Shown here piece after piece: positions 31,429 through 39,211 of a DNA stretch of 45,633 nucleotides. A model generated the notes under the pieces. It was not told the origin of the DNA. It saw only the letters and a program-made list of their open reading frames with translations, and ran no database searches. Origin of the DNA: a virus; the IMG/VR virus record IMGVR_UViG_3300043119_000202, positions 1-45,633 of that record. One strand, given 5' to 3'. The stretch's first letter is position 1; each line of letters opens with the position of its first letter. Position numbers and translations under genes: made by a program.

Positions 31429-32325
31429 CGTAAACCGCCAACTATCCTTACTGGTGCTTGTCCACTTCGACAGGTCGGCATCGGGTGCCAGCTCTGCCAG
31501 CGCCTTGGCATACGCTACCGACTTGCGGCCAGCCACATGGGTAAGCTTGCGCCCGTGGACTAGCGCGTCTTTGCCGTCTGCCAACTGGATCAGCGCGGCC
31601 ATCAGTTCCTTTTCACGCGCTGCGTCTTCTTTCTGCCGTTGGCGCAGTGCGTCAATCTCGCTGATGATCTCGCCCGCCGCTGGCGTGTCGATCACGACGT
31701 GCAACGGTTCCAGGTGCTCGGGATTGTTCAGTTCCTCGATGTACAGCGCATAGAACGCACTGATCGCCGGCAGGTTCTTATCCAGCCACTCGGGGTCGGC
31801 CTCTACGCGCTCGATGTTGATCTGCTCGGGCACGTAGTCATGCGCCAGCGGGTCGCCTTTGGGCGCCACGTACTGCGCGAAATAGGCATGAGTGCGGCCT
31901 GCTGCGAGCATTTCCATTTGTACTTGGCAGGCATAGTGCGGCTGGTCGGCAAGCGGCTTGAACTTTGCCTGCTGCTCGTTACGCAGGCCAAACGGCACTT
32001 TAAGCTCCAGCACGCCGCCGTCGCTGGTCAGGCCGTCCGGGCTGGCGCCCATAAGGTCGCCGTAGGGGAAGAACCCGCACTGCTCGACACCTAGGCCGGT
32101 TTCGCGCATGAAGGCTAGCAACGCGCGCTGCTCGTTGTTGTTGCCGTGGGATGTTGCGGGGTTGCCGGTGAACTCAGATTCTGCCCCGTGGTATTCGCGC
32201 ACCATGGCGCGCAGTACGTCGTTGGGGGTCTGCCAGGGGGATAGGCCGAGGATGGCGCCGATACGGCTGCCAGTGATGCGTCCTTTGCGTTGTTCGAACC
32301 ATTCGGGGGTGCGTTGGTCGGTCAT
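31426..32325 (-). CDS. YqaJ-like (lambda Exo-type) recombination exonuclease
   Basis: N-terminus TPEWFEQRKGRITGSRIGAILGLSPW is the YqaJ signature. Confidence 0.8.
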   Translation of the reverse strand: MTDQRTPEWFEQRKGRITGSRIGAILGLSPWQTPNDVLRAMVREYHGAESEFTGNPATSHGNNNEQRALLAFMRETGLGVEQCGFFPYGDLMGASPDGLTSDGGVLELKVPFGLRNEQQAKFKPLADQPHYACQVQMEMLAAGRTHAYFAQYVAPKGDPLAHDYVPEQINIERVEADPEWLDKNLPAISAFYALYIEELNNPEHLEPLHVVIDTPAAGEIISEIDALRQRQKEDAAREKELMAALIQLADGKDALVHGRKLTHVAGRKSVAYAKALAELAPDADLSKWTSTSKDSWRFT

Positions 32326-32372
32326 TGTTTTCTCCAGTGGCTTGAGTGCGGCCCCGTAGGGCCGCTGTTGTT

Positions 32373-32903
32373 TTAGAACGGGATATCGTCGTCAAGGTTG
32401 TCGGCCACTACGGCAGGCTTCGGCGCTGGCGCCGTAGTACCAGCCTTAGCCGGCGAAACAGCCTGTACCCAGTTGCCCGACTTCGACTTGTCTTCCAGTT
32501 CCCATACGCCCATCTTGAGCACCATCGGTCGGTTGCACAGCTGGGCAAGGCTCATGTCGCTGGGCATGTTTTCTTGCCGCTGCTCCATGCTGGTGAACAG
32601 ACCGCCGCCCGCGTTGCTGGCGATAGCGGCCAACATGCGCTTGGCCTTGTCGGCCTTGGCTGCGTCTTTGTCGTAGACCTGCACCTTCTGGAAAATCACG
32701 CGGTTGGCGTACTCGGCGGGCTTGCTGATTCGCCACTTCACCTTGATGTACTGGTTTCCCTGGTACTCGTCGTTTTTTGCTTCCTCGGCAATCGCCAGCA
32801 CGCTGGTGCCGTCAGGGATGGGCGCAAGATCGCCGCCGCCCATCTCGAATTTGCCTTCGGTCTTTTGTGCGCTGCTGCCGTCGCTAGTTGCCCAGAAGCT
32901 CAT
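32373..32903 (-). CDS. Phage single-stranded DNA-binding protein (DUF669-like) with an SSB-type acidic tail
   Basis: The C-terminus ends ...DNLDDDIPF, matching the bacterial SSB tip. Position between Sak4 and the exonuclease. Confidence 0.65.
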   Translation of the reverse strand: MSFWATSDGSSAQKTEGKFEMGGGDLAPIPDGTSVLAIAEEAKNDEYQGNQYIKVKWRISKPAEYANRVIFQKVQVYDKDAAKADKAKRMLAAIASNAGGGLFTSMEQRQENMPSDMSLAQLCNRPMVLKMGVWELEDKSKSGNWVQAVSPAKAGTTAPAPKPAVVADNLDDDIPF

Positions 32904-33748
32904 TGTGCCACCTCACTGTTGTAGAACTTGACGTATTGAATGATCGGGTTGCTGCCATGCTCGACAGGAATCTCTGCCGGCATGTTGTAGCGGTTTTTGG
33001 CGTTGATATAGCCCACCTGGCCGTCGCCGGTCGTGATCAGCTTGCGTTCGCCGGTCTGCACGACGCGGCCAAGCTTTGTGGTCTGGCCCCGTTTGTTGGT
33101 TTCGCTGCCTTGGATGAACTCTTCCTTGACCAGATACAGCACGGCGTCGCATTGGCTGGTGTAGATCGACAGCGACTGGTTATCCATGTCCATGGAAAAC
33201 ACGCTGTAGTCCGCTGCCGCGTCCGGGCGGTTGCGAATCTTCTTGATGCCGGTGTGCGCCAAGAACACGATCCCCATACGCTTGACCGCGCGCAGTTGCT
33301 CGCACTTGTACACAAACTCAGCGTGCCAGCTCGCCACCTCTGAATAGCCCTTGTGGAATCCACCGGAAGCATCGGCCACGGTGTTAACTCCGTCGCGCAG
33401 AGCGATTTCATGGCCGAACAGCATGTCAAGGCTGGTGATGCTATCGACCACCAGTGTGGTGAACCCGTGATCCGTGCTGATCAGTTCATCCATGATCGAA
33501 AGCAGCGTCTCGCGGGTGCTGCGCAGGTTGCCGACTTCATCCTTGGATGCCTTCGGCAGTCGCGGCAGGACGCTAGGCTTGGCGTCGTCTTCCCAGCTTT
33601 CGAACACTGACGCGCCGTCTTCTGCCATGACCATCAGTGCGCCGGGGAACATTGCGCCGAGCGTGGTCTTGCCGGTGCCAGGGGTGCCGACGATGGTGAT
33701 CATTGGCGGCTTGGTTTTTGGCTTTGCAGCCCGTGCCAGGTGGCTCAT
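32900..33748 (-). CDS. Sak4-like RecA-fold ATPase (AAA_24) recombination protein
   Basis: Walker A ITIVGTPGTGKTT. ATGA coupling at both ends. Confidence 0.75.
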   Translation of the reverse strand: MSHLARAAKPKTKPPMITIVGTPGTGKTTLGAMFPGALMVMAEDGASVFESWEDDAKPSVLPRLPKASKDEVGNLRSTRETLLSIMDELISTDHGFTTLVVDSITSLDMLFGHEIALRDGVNTVADASGGFHKGYSEVASWHAEFVYKCEQLRAVKRMGIVFLAHTGIKKIRNRPDAAADYSVFSMDMDNQSLSIYTSQCDAVLYLVKEEFIQGSETNKRGQTTKLGRVVQTGERKLITTGDGQVGYINAKNRYNMPAEIPVEHGSNPIIQYVKFYNSEVAQ

Positions 33749-33927
33749 TGTGCGGCCTCCTGATTCTTGTCATCGAGGAACTTTTGCAGCGCTTGCACGG
33801 TGGACAGCTTCGGGTCGCGTGCGGCGCCGGACAAAAGGTGGTTGATGGTGCCGAGCGAAACGCCCGACTTGTAGGCGATTTCTGCGCGGTCGTGCTTGCG
33901 CAGTTCGGTGATCAGTTCTTGCAGCAT
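33745..33927 (-). CDS. 60-aa XRE/Cro-like HTH protein
   Basis: ATG 33927 is preceded by a perfect aggagg. The sequence AYKSGVSLGTINHLLSG is present. The ORF-track start at 34035 overlaps the primase gene. Confidence 0.6.
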   Translation of the reverse strand: MLQELITELRKHDRAEIAYKSGVSLGTINHLLSGAARDPKLSTVQALQKFLDDKNQEAAQ

Positions 33928-33977
33928 TGTCGAACCTCCTAAGTGAGTACAGTTAAATAGTAGCAGCGCAAAAAAAC

Positions 33978-36335
33978 CTATGCAATAGAATAGTAAGAGA
34001 AAACGCGCCCATTCCCTCCCTTGCGCTGCTCGCACTTCAAGCGGCCATGCTCGACCAGATAATCAAGCGCAGCTTGGATGCCTGCGTCGCCAATCTTCTT
34101 GCCTCCCGGCACGCGCTGCTTGAGTACGCCCGGCGTCATTTCCTTGTCTGCGTTCTCGATGGCGGTCATGATCGAAAGCAGCAGGCCGTTACCCTTCTCG
34201 CCAGCATCGTTCGATTCCAGGCTGTCGCCGGCCTTGGCTTTGTTGATCTTCATCTGCGTCACGCGCTTGACCAGTTCGTGCGCCCATCCCATGTGCTCCA
34301 GCTTGATCACGCCATCAGCGGCGCCCAAGATGCCGGCGACCTTGATCGCCAGTTCGGTCGCGCCAAGCGCCTGGCTTTCTAGTCCCGTGCCCGCGTCGCG
34401 CTCATGAATGGCTACCTCACGCCAGTATTGGCGCACGCTGCCTAGCATGCGCTCAGCCTCTGGCGACCACTGGATATAGCGCCAATCGCCGATACGCTCG
34501 ATGCGCCGGCCTTTCCATGCATCTGCGCTGCCCGCACACGACAGCGCCAGCAGGCGCATTAGCACATGCTCAGGCATCGGCCCGTGATAAACCTCGGCGG
34601 CGTCTTTCTCCATGGGCACCGTTTCCAGTTCCTCGAAGATCAGCGAGCGGCCCAAGAATCCGCCAGTCAGCAGGGACTTGTTAGCGTTGATCGCCTCATG
34701 GAAAGAGTGCGGCTCACTCATGCCAAAAAACGTCAGGTATGGTTCCACCAGGCCATACTCTGCGCGGTCACGGTCGCCTATCGCTTTTGCCACTTCGCTG
34801 TCTGGGTTGGCCTTGGCGTACTCATAGGGCGATTCGTCATCGTCCAGTTCTGCCCGCTTGATCGCTGCGGCCAGTTGCTTGTCCATCTTCTCGACCAGTT
34901 CGCGCTTCACGTCGCCGGACACGTTATGCACGCCAGTGGCCACCGAGTACATGGCGATCAGCTCGGCTGTCAGGTCTTCCAGGTAGTGCGCCCCGCTGCG
35001 TGCTGCGCCGCTTACTTTCTTGAGCTGCTCGCCAAATTCGTCATACGTGTAGATGATGATCTGGTGCTGAATCGCGTTGCGCACCAGTTCCTGGCTCGAC
35101 TTGAACTTGCCGTGCTCAGCAGGCGACAGCCCCAGCGCGCGGTTGGCTTCGTTGATGCACGCCTTGATCGGCCCCTTACCGGAACGGCTCCCAGCAATCG
35201 CAAACGTCATCAGGTTGAGGCTCGTATTGCGACCAGCGACCAGGTGGTGCAGACCTGCCGCGTTGCTGACGATTTGCAGCGCAGCGGCTACGGCCAGTTG
35301 TTCGCGCGGCATGGCGCAACGGCTGTTGATCCAGCGGCATATCTCGCCGACCAACCCTGGGGGATTCAGCAGGTCGTACTTTTTGGCCGCAGGCTTCGTT
35401 TCGGGGATCTCACCCCAGTCGGTGTTATCCGTGAACGTAACAGGCGCGTGCCAGCCTGCCTCGCGGGCGTATTCGATCAGCGTGCCAATCGTGGCGCGCG
35501 TCGCCGCTTTGCCGAAGCTGTGCCACTTCTTGTCCATGCTGCGCTCGTCGTGCGCGTCGCTGCGCTGCGACCACTCGCACCACATGGCATAGCCGTCTGC
35601 GCTGCCGCCAGTGGCGTCATGCAGACCCATGCCGATGCGAATCCACTTCTCATAGTCGCGCCCGTTGTTGGGGATCGCAGACACGATGCCGCGCAGGTCG
35701 TCGTTGCTGTAGTCGGTGGTGGTGCCGTTGTGGATGAACCTGGCGCGTTCTGGCCGGTTCAGCAGCTCCATGAGCGCAATCGGCGCTTCGCCGGTATCAA
35801 CGGGTCTGCCCAGTATAGCCTCATAGCGTTGCCCGCTGGCGTGTTCGCAGCCGGCGCCTACCACAAAGCCAGTAGACTTGAAGTCGATGCCGGGGTATTC
35901 GCGCAGGGTGCCAGCCAGTGATTTGCCAAGCCAATCTGCTGGCACGTTGAAATACCAGTGCTCACCGTTGCCGCTGCCGGTGCGGACGATGTAGCGCGCC
36001 TTGTCGCGGATGTGCGCCAGCGCCTTGGCAGATTCAAACCCGCCGTTGCGCCCGTCCACGTCCACGATAATCAGGCCGCTTGATGCCACTACCACGCCGT
36101 GGTTGTCGATCAGCTGGTTGCCGAAGAAATCCCCGTCGAAGTCTTCCAGGTAGGCCAGTTGGTCGTCATCGTAGGGCTGCGTGTGCTGCCAGTTGCTGGC
36201 GCGCGGGTGCTTGCCGATGGCCTCGCATTCGGGATCGCCGCATCCGCAGCGGGTGCCTTTGGCGTCGCGGATGATCTGGTGTAGCGGAAAGATGATCCAC
36301 TCGGCGGCTAGTTCGTCGGTGTAGTCGATGGTCAT
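33978..36335 (-). CDS. Bifunctional primase-polymerase (Prim-Pol) fused to a P-loop ATPase/helicase-like region
   Basis: N-terminus IFPLH...GKHP...IIVDVDGRNGG (Prim-Pol DxD). A mid-region P-loop IAGSRSGKGP. 785 aa. Confidence 0.8.
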   Translation of the reverse strand: MTIDYTDELAAEWIIFPLHQIIRDAKGTRCGCGDPECEAIGKHPRASNWQHTQPYDDDQLAYLEDFDGDFFGNQLIDNHGVVVASSGLIIVDVDGRNGGFESAKALAHIRDKARYIVRTGSGNGEHWYFNVPADWLGKSLAGTLREYPGIDFKSTGFVVGAGCEHASGQRYEAILGRPVDTGEAPIALMELLNRPERARFIHNGTTTDYSNDDLRGIVSAIPNNGRDYEKWIRIGMGLHDATGGSADGYAMWCEWSQRSDAHDERSMDKKWHSFGKAATRATIGTLIEYAREAGWHAPVTFTDNTDWGEIPETKPAAKKYDLLNPPGLVGEICRWINSRCAMPREQLAVAAALQIVSNAAGLHHLVAGRNTSLNLMTFAIAGSRSGKGPIKACINEANRALGLSPAEHGKFKSSQELVRNAIQHQIIIYTYDEFGEQLKKVSGAARSGAHYLEDLTAELIAMYSVATGVHNVSGDVKRELVEKMDKQLAAAIKRAELDDDESPYEYAKANPDSEVAKAIGDRDRAEYGLVEPYLTFFGMSEPHSFHEAINANKSLLTGGFLGRSLIFEELETVPMEKDAAEVYHGPMPEHVLMRLLALSCAGSADAWKGRRIERIGDWRYIQWSPEAERMLGSVRQYWREVAIHERDAGTGLESQALGATELAIKVAGILGAADGVIKLEHMGWAHELVKRVTQMKINKAKAGDSLESNDAGEKGNGLLLSIMTAIENADKEMTPGVLKQRVPGGKKIGDAGIQAALDYLVEHGRLKCEQRKGGNGRVFSYYSIA

Positions 36336-36353
36336 GGTGGTTTTCCTAGTGGT

Positions 36354-36719
36354 TCATCGGCATTTGCGGCACATGATGGAGCCAATCCGTACAGCGCTGG
36401 TACGGTAGCGACCGGTGTGCCCGCACGAAAGCCAGCGGTATTCGCGGTAGCCGTTGGCCTGTCGGCCGGGGAGCATTTTCAATCCAACGTCTCGCGCGTC
36501 CTTTGCGTGTCGTTCGTCCACGCATTTCTGGCAGGCAATGCTTTTTTTACGTACCGAACTGGTTGCTCGTTCAGCCACGTGGCCGCATTCGATCCAGCGG
36601 TAAAGCCGGTATGCCGGGTGCGAGCCTGGGCCTACCAGCTCAAGCCCAGCCGCCTTTGCTTCTGCTGCGAGTTGTTCTGTTTTGTCTTTTTTCATGGTTT
36701 CGCTCAAAAAAAATCCCAT
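36354..36719 (-). CDS. Tandem zinc-ribbon protein; first gene of the leftward operon
   Basis: Internal duplication YRLYRWIECGHVAERATSSVRKKSIACQKC / YREYRWLSCGHTGRYRTSAVRIGSIMCRKC. The start is ambiguous (36719 or ATG 36695). Confidence 0.6.
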   Translation of the reverse strand: MGFFLSETMKKDKTEQLAAEAKAAGLELVGPGSHPAYRLYRWIECGHVAERATSSVRKKSIACQKCVDERHAKDARDVGLKMLPGRQANGYREYRWLSCGHTGRYRTSAVRIGSIMCRKCR

Positions 36720-36852
36720 GTAGACAGCACCCGGTGGAACTCACCATCTGGCCGACCTTAGCCGAGGAGCTTTGACCAGTGGTGAACGGGTGCTGACTGC
36801 ATGGGACTGTCTCGGCTTCAGGTCTGAGAGGCGTTCCACGGCCTCGGTGCAG

Positions 36853-36880
36853 ATATTAGCGCAGCTGCGCGCCGTGTCAA
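36853..36880 (-). promoter_or_regulatory. Leftward early promoter TTGACA-16-TAATAT
   Basis: The minus strand reads ttgaca cggcgcgcagctgcgc taatat. The spacer contains the perfect 12-bp palindrome gcgcagctgcgc (36859..36870). Confidence 0.6.
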
Positions 36881-36991
36881 GCGGCGCAGGATTTTTCAGG
36901 ATTCTTGAGAATCAACATTCTGTTTCGTGCGTAGAGCATTGTTTTATAAGGACTTTTTAATTGAAATACATGATAAATAAATTACTTAATA

Positions 36992-37007
36992 CTACTACTA
37001 GTAGTAG
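36992..37007. repeat. Perfect 16-bp palindrome CTACTACTAGTAGTAG in the AT-rich core of the control region
   Basis: Read directly; the reverse complement is identical. Flanked by an AT-rich tract at about 36940..36990. Confidence 0.9.
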
Positions 37008-37110
37008 ATGAGTCCGCCAGGGGTATATAAGGGAGTCTATTTATACTGATCCTGATTTGAATGTGTGTCTTATGGGTATAAATCTGTCTGAATCTTAGGA
37101 GCGCATATTC

Positions 37111-37200
37111 TGCGAATTCTGCTCACGAGCCGCTCTATCTCGGGCCTTGCAGCCTATTTGGTGATTTTAATCCTGAGCTGGGATATGCGAATCCTGCTCA
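37111..37200. repeat. Two direct copies of TGCGAAT(T/C)CTGCTCA, 75 bp apart
   Basis: 37111..37125 tgcgaattctgctca and 37186..37200 tgcgaatcctgctca (14/15 identical), each preceded by ATAT. The second lies in the inverted repeat cctgagc/gctcagg. Confidence 0.8.
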
Positions 37201-37219
37201 GGGTCGCCGCAAAAAACCC

Positions 37220-37247
37220 TTGCATCCCTCGTAGAAAGAGATAAAAT
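37220..37247 (+). promoter_or_regulatory. Rightward promoter TTGCAT-16-TAAAAT
   Basis: Reads ttgcat ccctcgtagaaagaga taaaat, about 33 nt upstream of the first plus-strand ORF. Confidence 0.5.
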
Positions 37248-37280
37248 AACAACATCAACCACCACTCAGGAGTCCACCCA

Positions 37281-37490
37281 TTGAACACAAGCCAACACAT
37301 TCTCGACCTGATGACCAACGACCTGCCCGAGCAGGATGATCTGGTGATCGACGAAATCATCAAAGACGGCAAGCCGCTGCCGTGGGTCTACGTTCGCGTT
37401 CTGGTGCATCGTGCGGCCAAGCAAATGGGCGTTAAGATCAAGACGCGCATTCGCAATGGCAAGTTGCTGGTTTGGCGCGTACAGCCATGA
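37281..37490 (+). CDS. Hypothetical protein (69 aa, TTG start)
   Basis: RBS aggag lies 7 nt before the TTG at 37281. Confidence 0.55.
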   Translation: MNTSQHILDLMTNDLPEQDDLVIDEIIKDGKPLPWVYVRVLVHRAAKQMGVKIKTRIRNGKLLVWRVQP

Positions 37491-37654
37491 CCCACTGCCC
37501 AACCTGCGGCGCCGAACTGGTCGCCCTGCGCAGCATCAACGCGAAGATGTGCAGCAACGGCAAATGCCAACAGGTGATCGACTGGCACCTGGCACCCGGA
37601 CAAAAACCCCTTGTCGGCAGTAACCGGCAGGATCGTAAAACCACTGGAGAGTGA
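37487..37654 (+). CDS. Zinc-ribbon protein (55 aa)
   Basis: ATG 37487 overlaps the upstream stop (ATGA). The sequence CPTCG...CSNGKC is present. Confidence 0.5.
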   Translation: MTHCPTCGAELVALRSINAKMCSNGKCQQVIDWHLAPGQKPLVGSNRQDRKTTGE

Positions 37655-37657
37655 ACG

Positions 37658-38008
37658 ATGAACGAATACGCAGAACTGGTCGCCGCACTGGCTAAGCCTG
37701 GCGAGCATATCAAGGCGGACATGACCGCCGACCAAGCCCACTTGCTGCACATGGCAGTCGGTGTTGCTGGCGAGGCTGGCGAACTGCTGGACGCGATCAA
37801 GAAGAACGCGATCTACGGCAAGCCGCTGGACTTGAACAACGTGATTGAAGAACTGGGCGACCTGGAGTTCTACATGCAGGGCATCCGTGCGGCTATCAGC
37901 GTGCCGCGTGGCACCGTGCTGGCGTGCAACATGGAGAAGCTGCGCAAGCGTTATTCGTCTGGCGCGTACAGCAACGGACAGGCTCAGCAGAGGGCGGATA
38001 AGCAATGA
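37658..38008 (+). CDS. mazG: MazG-like nucleoside triphosphate pyrophosphohydrolase
   Basis: GVAGEAGELLDAIKK and EELGDLEFY, the EExxE/D metal-binding helices typical of phage MazG. Confidence 0.75.
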   Translation: MNEYAELVAALAKPGEHIKADMTADQAHLLHMAVGVAGEAGELLDAIKKNAIYGKPLDLNNVIEELGDLEFYMQGIRAAISVPRGTVLACNMEKLRKRYSSGAYSNGQAQQRADKQ

Positions 38009-38367
38009 AAACTGACCGCGAATTGCTTGAGCTGGCGGCGAAGGCGGCAGGAATTGAGGTGAGGCCGCATCCGAACCGAGGAATCAGCAAAAACCTGATT
38101 TTTATCGGGAGTAATGGTAATTGGAACCCACTCAGCGACGATGGCGACGCGCTGCGGTTGGCTGTGGCGCTCGGCCTAGAGTATGTCGTCGACCGAGTTC
38201 CAGGCAGTGGCACCATGCGACAGCATGGCGCGCCAGTGCGGGTGCGGGTTTGGGCGAACTGGTGGCACAAGGTCGAAGTTGGGCCTGGCTTCGAAATTGA
38301 TCTTCTTGCAGCGGTTAGGCTAGCCATCGTCCGCGCCGCAGCCGCTATCGGGGAGGCGATGAAATGA
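38005..38367 (+). CDS. DUF2591-like hypothetical protein
   Basis: The N-terminus DRELLELAAKAAGIE is typical of that family (from memory). Confidence 0.5.
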   Translation: MKTDRELLELAAKAAGIEVRPHPNRGISKNLIFIGSNGNWNPLSDDGDALRLAVALGLEYVVDRVPGSGTMRQHGAPVRVRVWANWWHKVEVGPGFEIDLLAAVRLAIVRAAAAIGEAMK

Positions 38368-38576
38368 CCCAAACAACCCGAGTAACCCGCCTGCACGTCC
38401 TGCCAGAAGGCGAGCCGCTGTTCTCTGAACAGGCGTTCACGGTCGAAATTGACGACGAAGCCGGTGGAGAGTTCGTTGTTGTCCGCGACAGAGATGGCGA
38501 GATTCGGCTTAACGCAGAAGAATGGCCCGCGCTGCGCGAGGCGATTGATCGGATGGTGAAGGAGTGTAGGGAATGA
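38364..38576 (+). CDS. Hypothetical acidic protein (70 aa)
   Basis: ATGA coupling at both ends. Confidence 0.55.
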   Translation: MTQTTRVTRLHVLPEGEPLFSEQAFTVEIDDEAGGEFVVVRDRDGEIRLNAEEWPALREAIDRMVKECRE

Positions 38577-38908
38577 GCCACAACCACTATTTCCGCGACG
38601 TATCAAACCTACAAAACCTTGACGTTTACCGCTTGCTGGAGCTGTTCAACGTGACGTGCCCGGTGGCGCAGCATGTGGTCAAGAAGGCATTGGCAGCCGG
38701 TCAGCGTGGGCACAAGTCGTTGCACAAGGATTGGCAGGACATTGCCGACAGCGCTGCGCGTAAGTTGGAGATGATGCGGGAGGATGACGGCTGGACCGAC
38801 GATGCGATTAAGTCCGCTTCGTTCTCTGATAAAACAACCAACGCCGGCCCCATGCTACACTGCCCGGACTGTTCCGCTGAACATTGCCATGTGTGGCGAG
38901 GTAACTGA
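38573..38908 (+). CDS. DUF3310-like hypothetical protein
   Basis: NHYF...DVYRLLELF...HVVKKALAAGQRGHK...D resembles the DUF3310 pattern (from memory). Confidence 0.5.
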   Translation: MSHNHYFRDVSNLQNLDVYRLLELFNVTCPVAQHVVKKALAAGQRGHKSLHKDWQDIADSAARKLEMMREDDGWTDDAIKSASFSDKTTNAGPMLHCPDCSAEHCHVWRGN

Positions 38909-38909
38909 T

Positions 38910-39209
38910 ATGAGAACTCTAATTCTTGCCGCCCTGCTGATCACCACCCCAGCTATGGCCGACTGGAACCAACGCGCCCAAGGCTGCGCCATGGTTGCAG
39001 CTACCGCCCGCAGCATCATGCAGGAGCGCCAGAACGGCATTCCGAAGCAACATATGCTCAACATGGTCAGCAGCGAGTACGGTCGCAGCATCATCGAGGA
39101 CGCCTATACCGTCGAAATATTCGATGGCGACCACCAGGTTAAGATTCGCCGGATCATCATCGAGGCGTTTCGGGATCGCGTTTACGTTAACTGTTTGAAT
39201 GGGTATTGA
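38910..39209 (+). CDS. Secreted small protein (99 aa) with a signal peptide
   Basis: MRTLILAALLITTPAMA-DW looks like a cleavable signal peptide. The ORF-track start at 38784 overlaps the upstream gene. Confidence 0.55.
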   Translation: MRTLILAALLITTPAMADWNQRAQGCAMVAATARSIMQERQNGIPKQHMLNMVSSEYGRSIIEDAYTVEIFDGDHQVKIRRIIIEAFRDRVYVNCLNGY

Positions 39210-39211
39210 AG

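Noticed and set aside
34566-35921. 451-aa plus-strand ORF antisense to the primase gene
   Set aside because: Same reasoning. The primase frame carries recognisable Prim-Pol and P-loop motifs, while the antisense product has none and is Arg/Ala/Val-rich.
36865-36896. Plus-strand terminator-like hairpin (ctgcgc..gcgcag followed by gattttt) that might end a small plus-strand RNA from 36720..36896
   Set aside because: I found no convincing plus-strand promoter upstream. The stem overlaps the -35 and spacer of the strong minus-strand promoter, so the inverted repeat is more economically read as an operator or a read-through barrier. It is kept only as a low-interest note.
36772-36960. 62-aa plus-strand ORF in the control region (non-ATG start)
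   Set aside because: No RBS. It overlaps the leftward promoter and leader, and nothing upstream would transcribe it. The region is more likely regulatory DNA/RNA.
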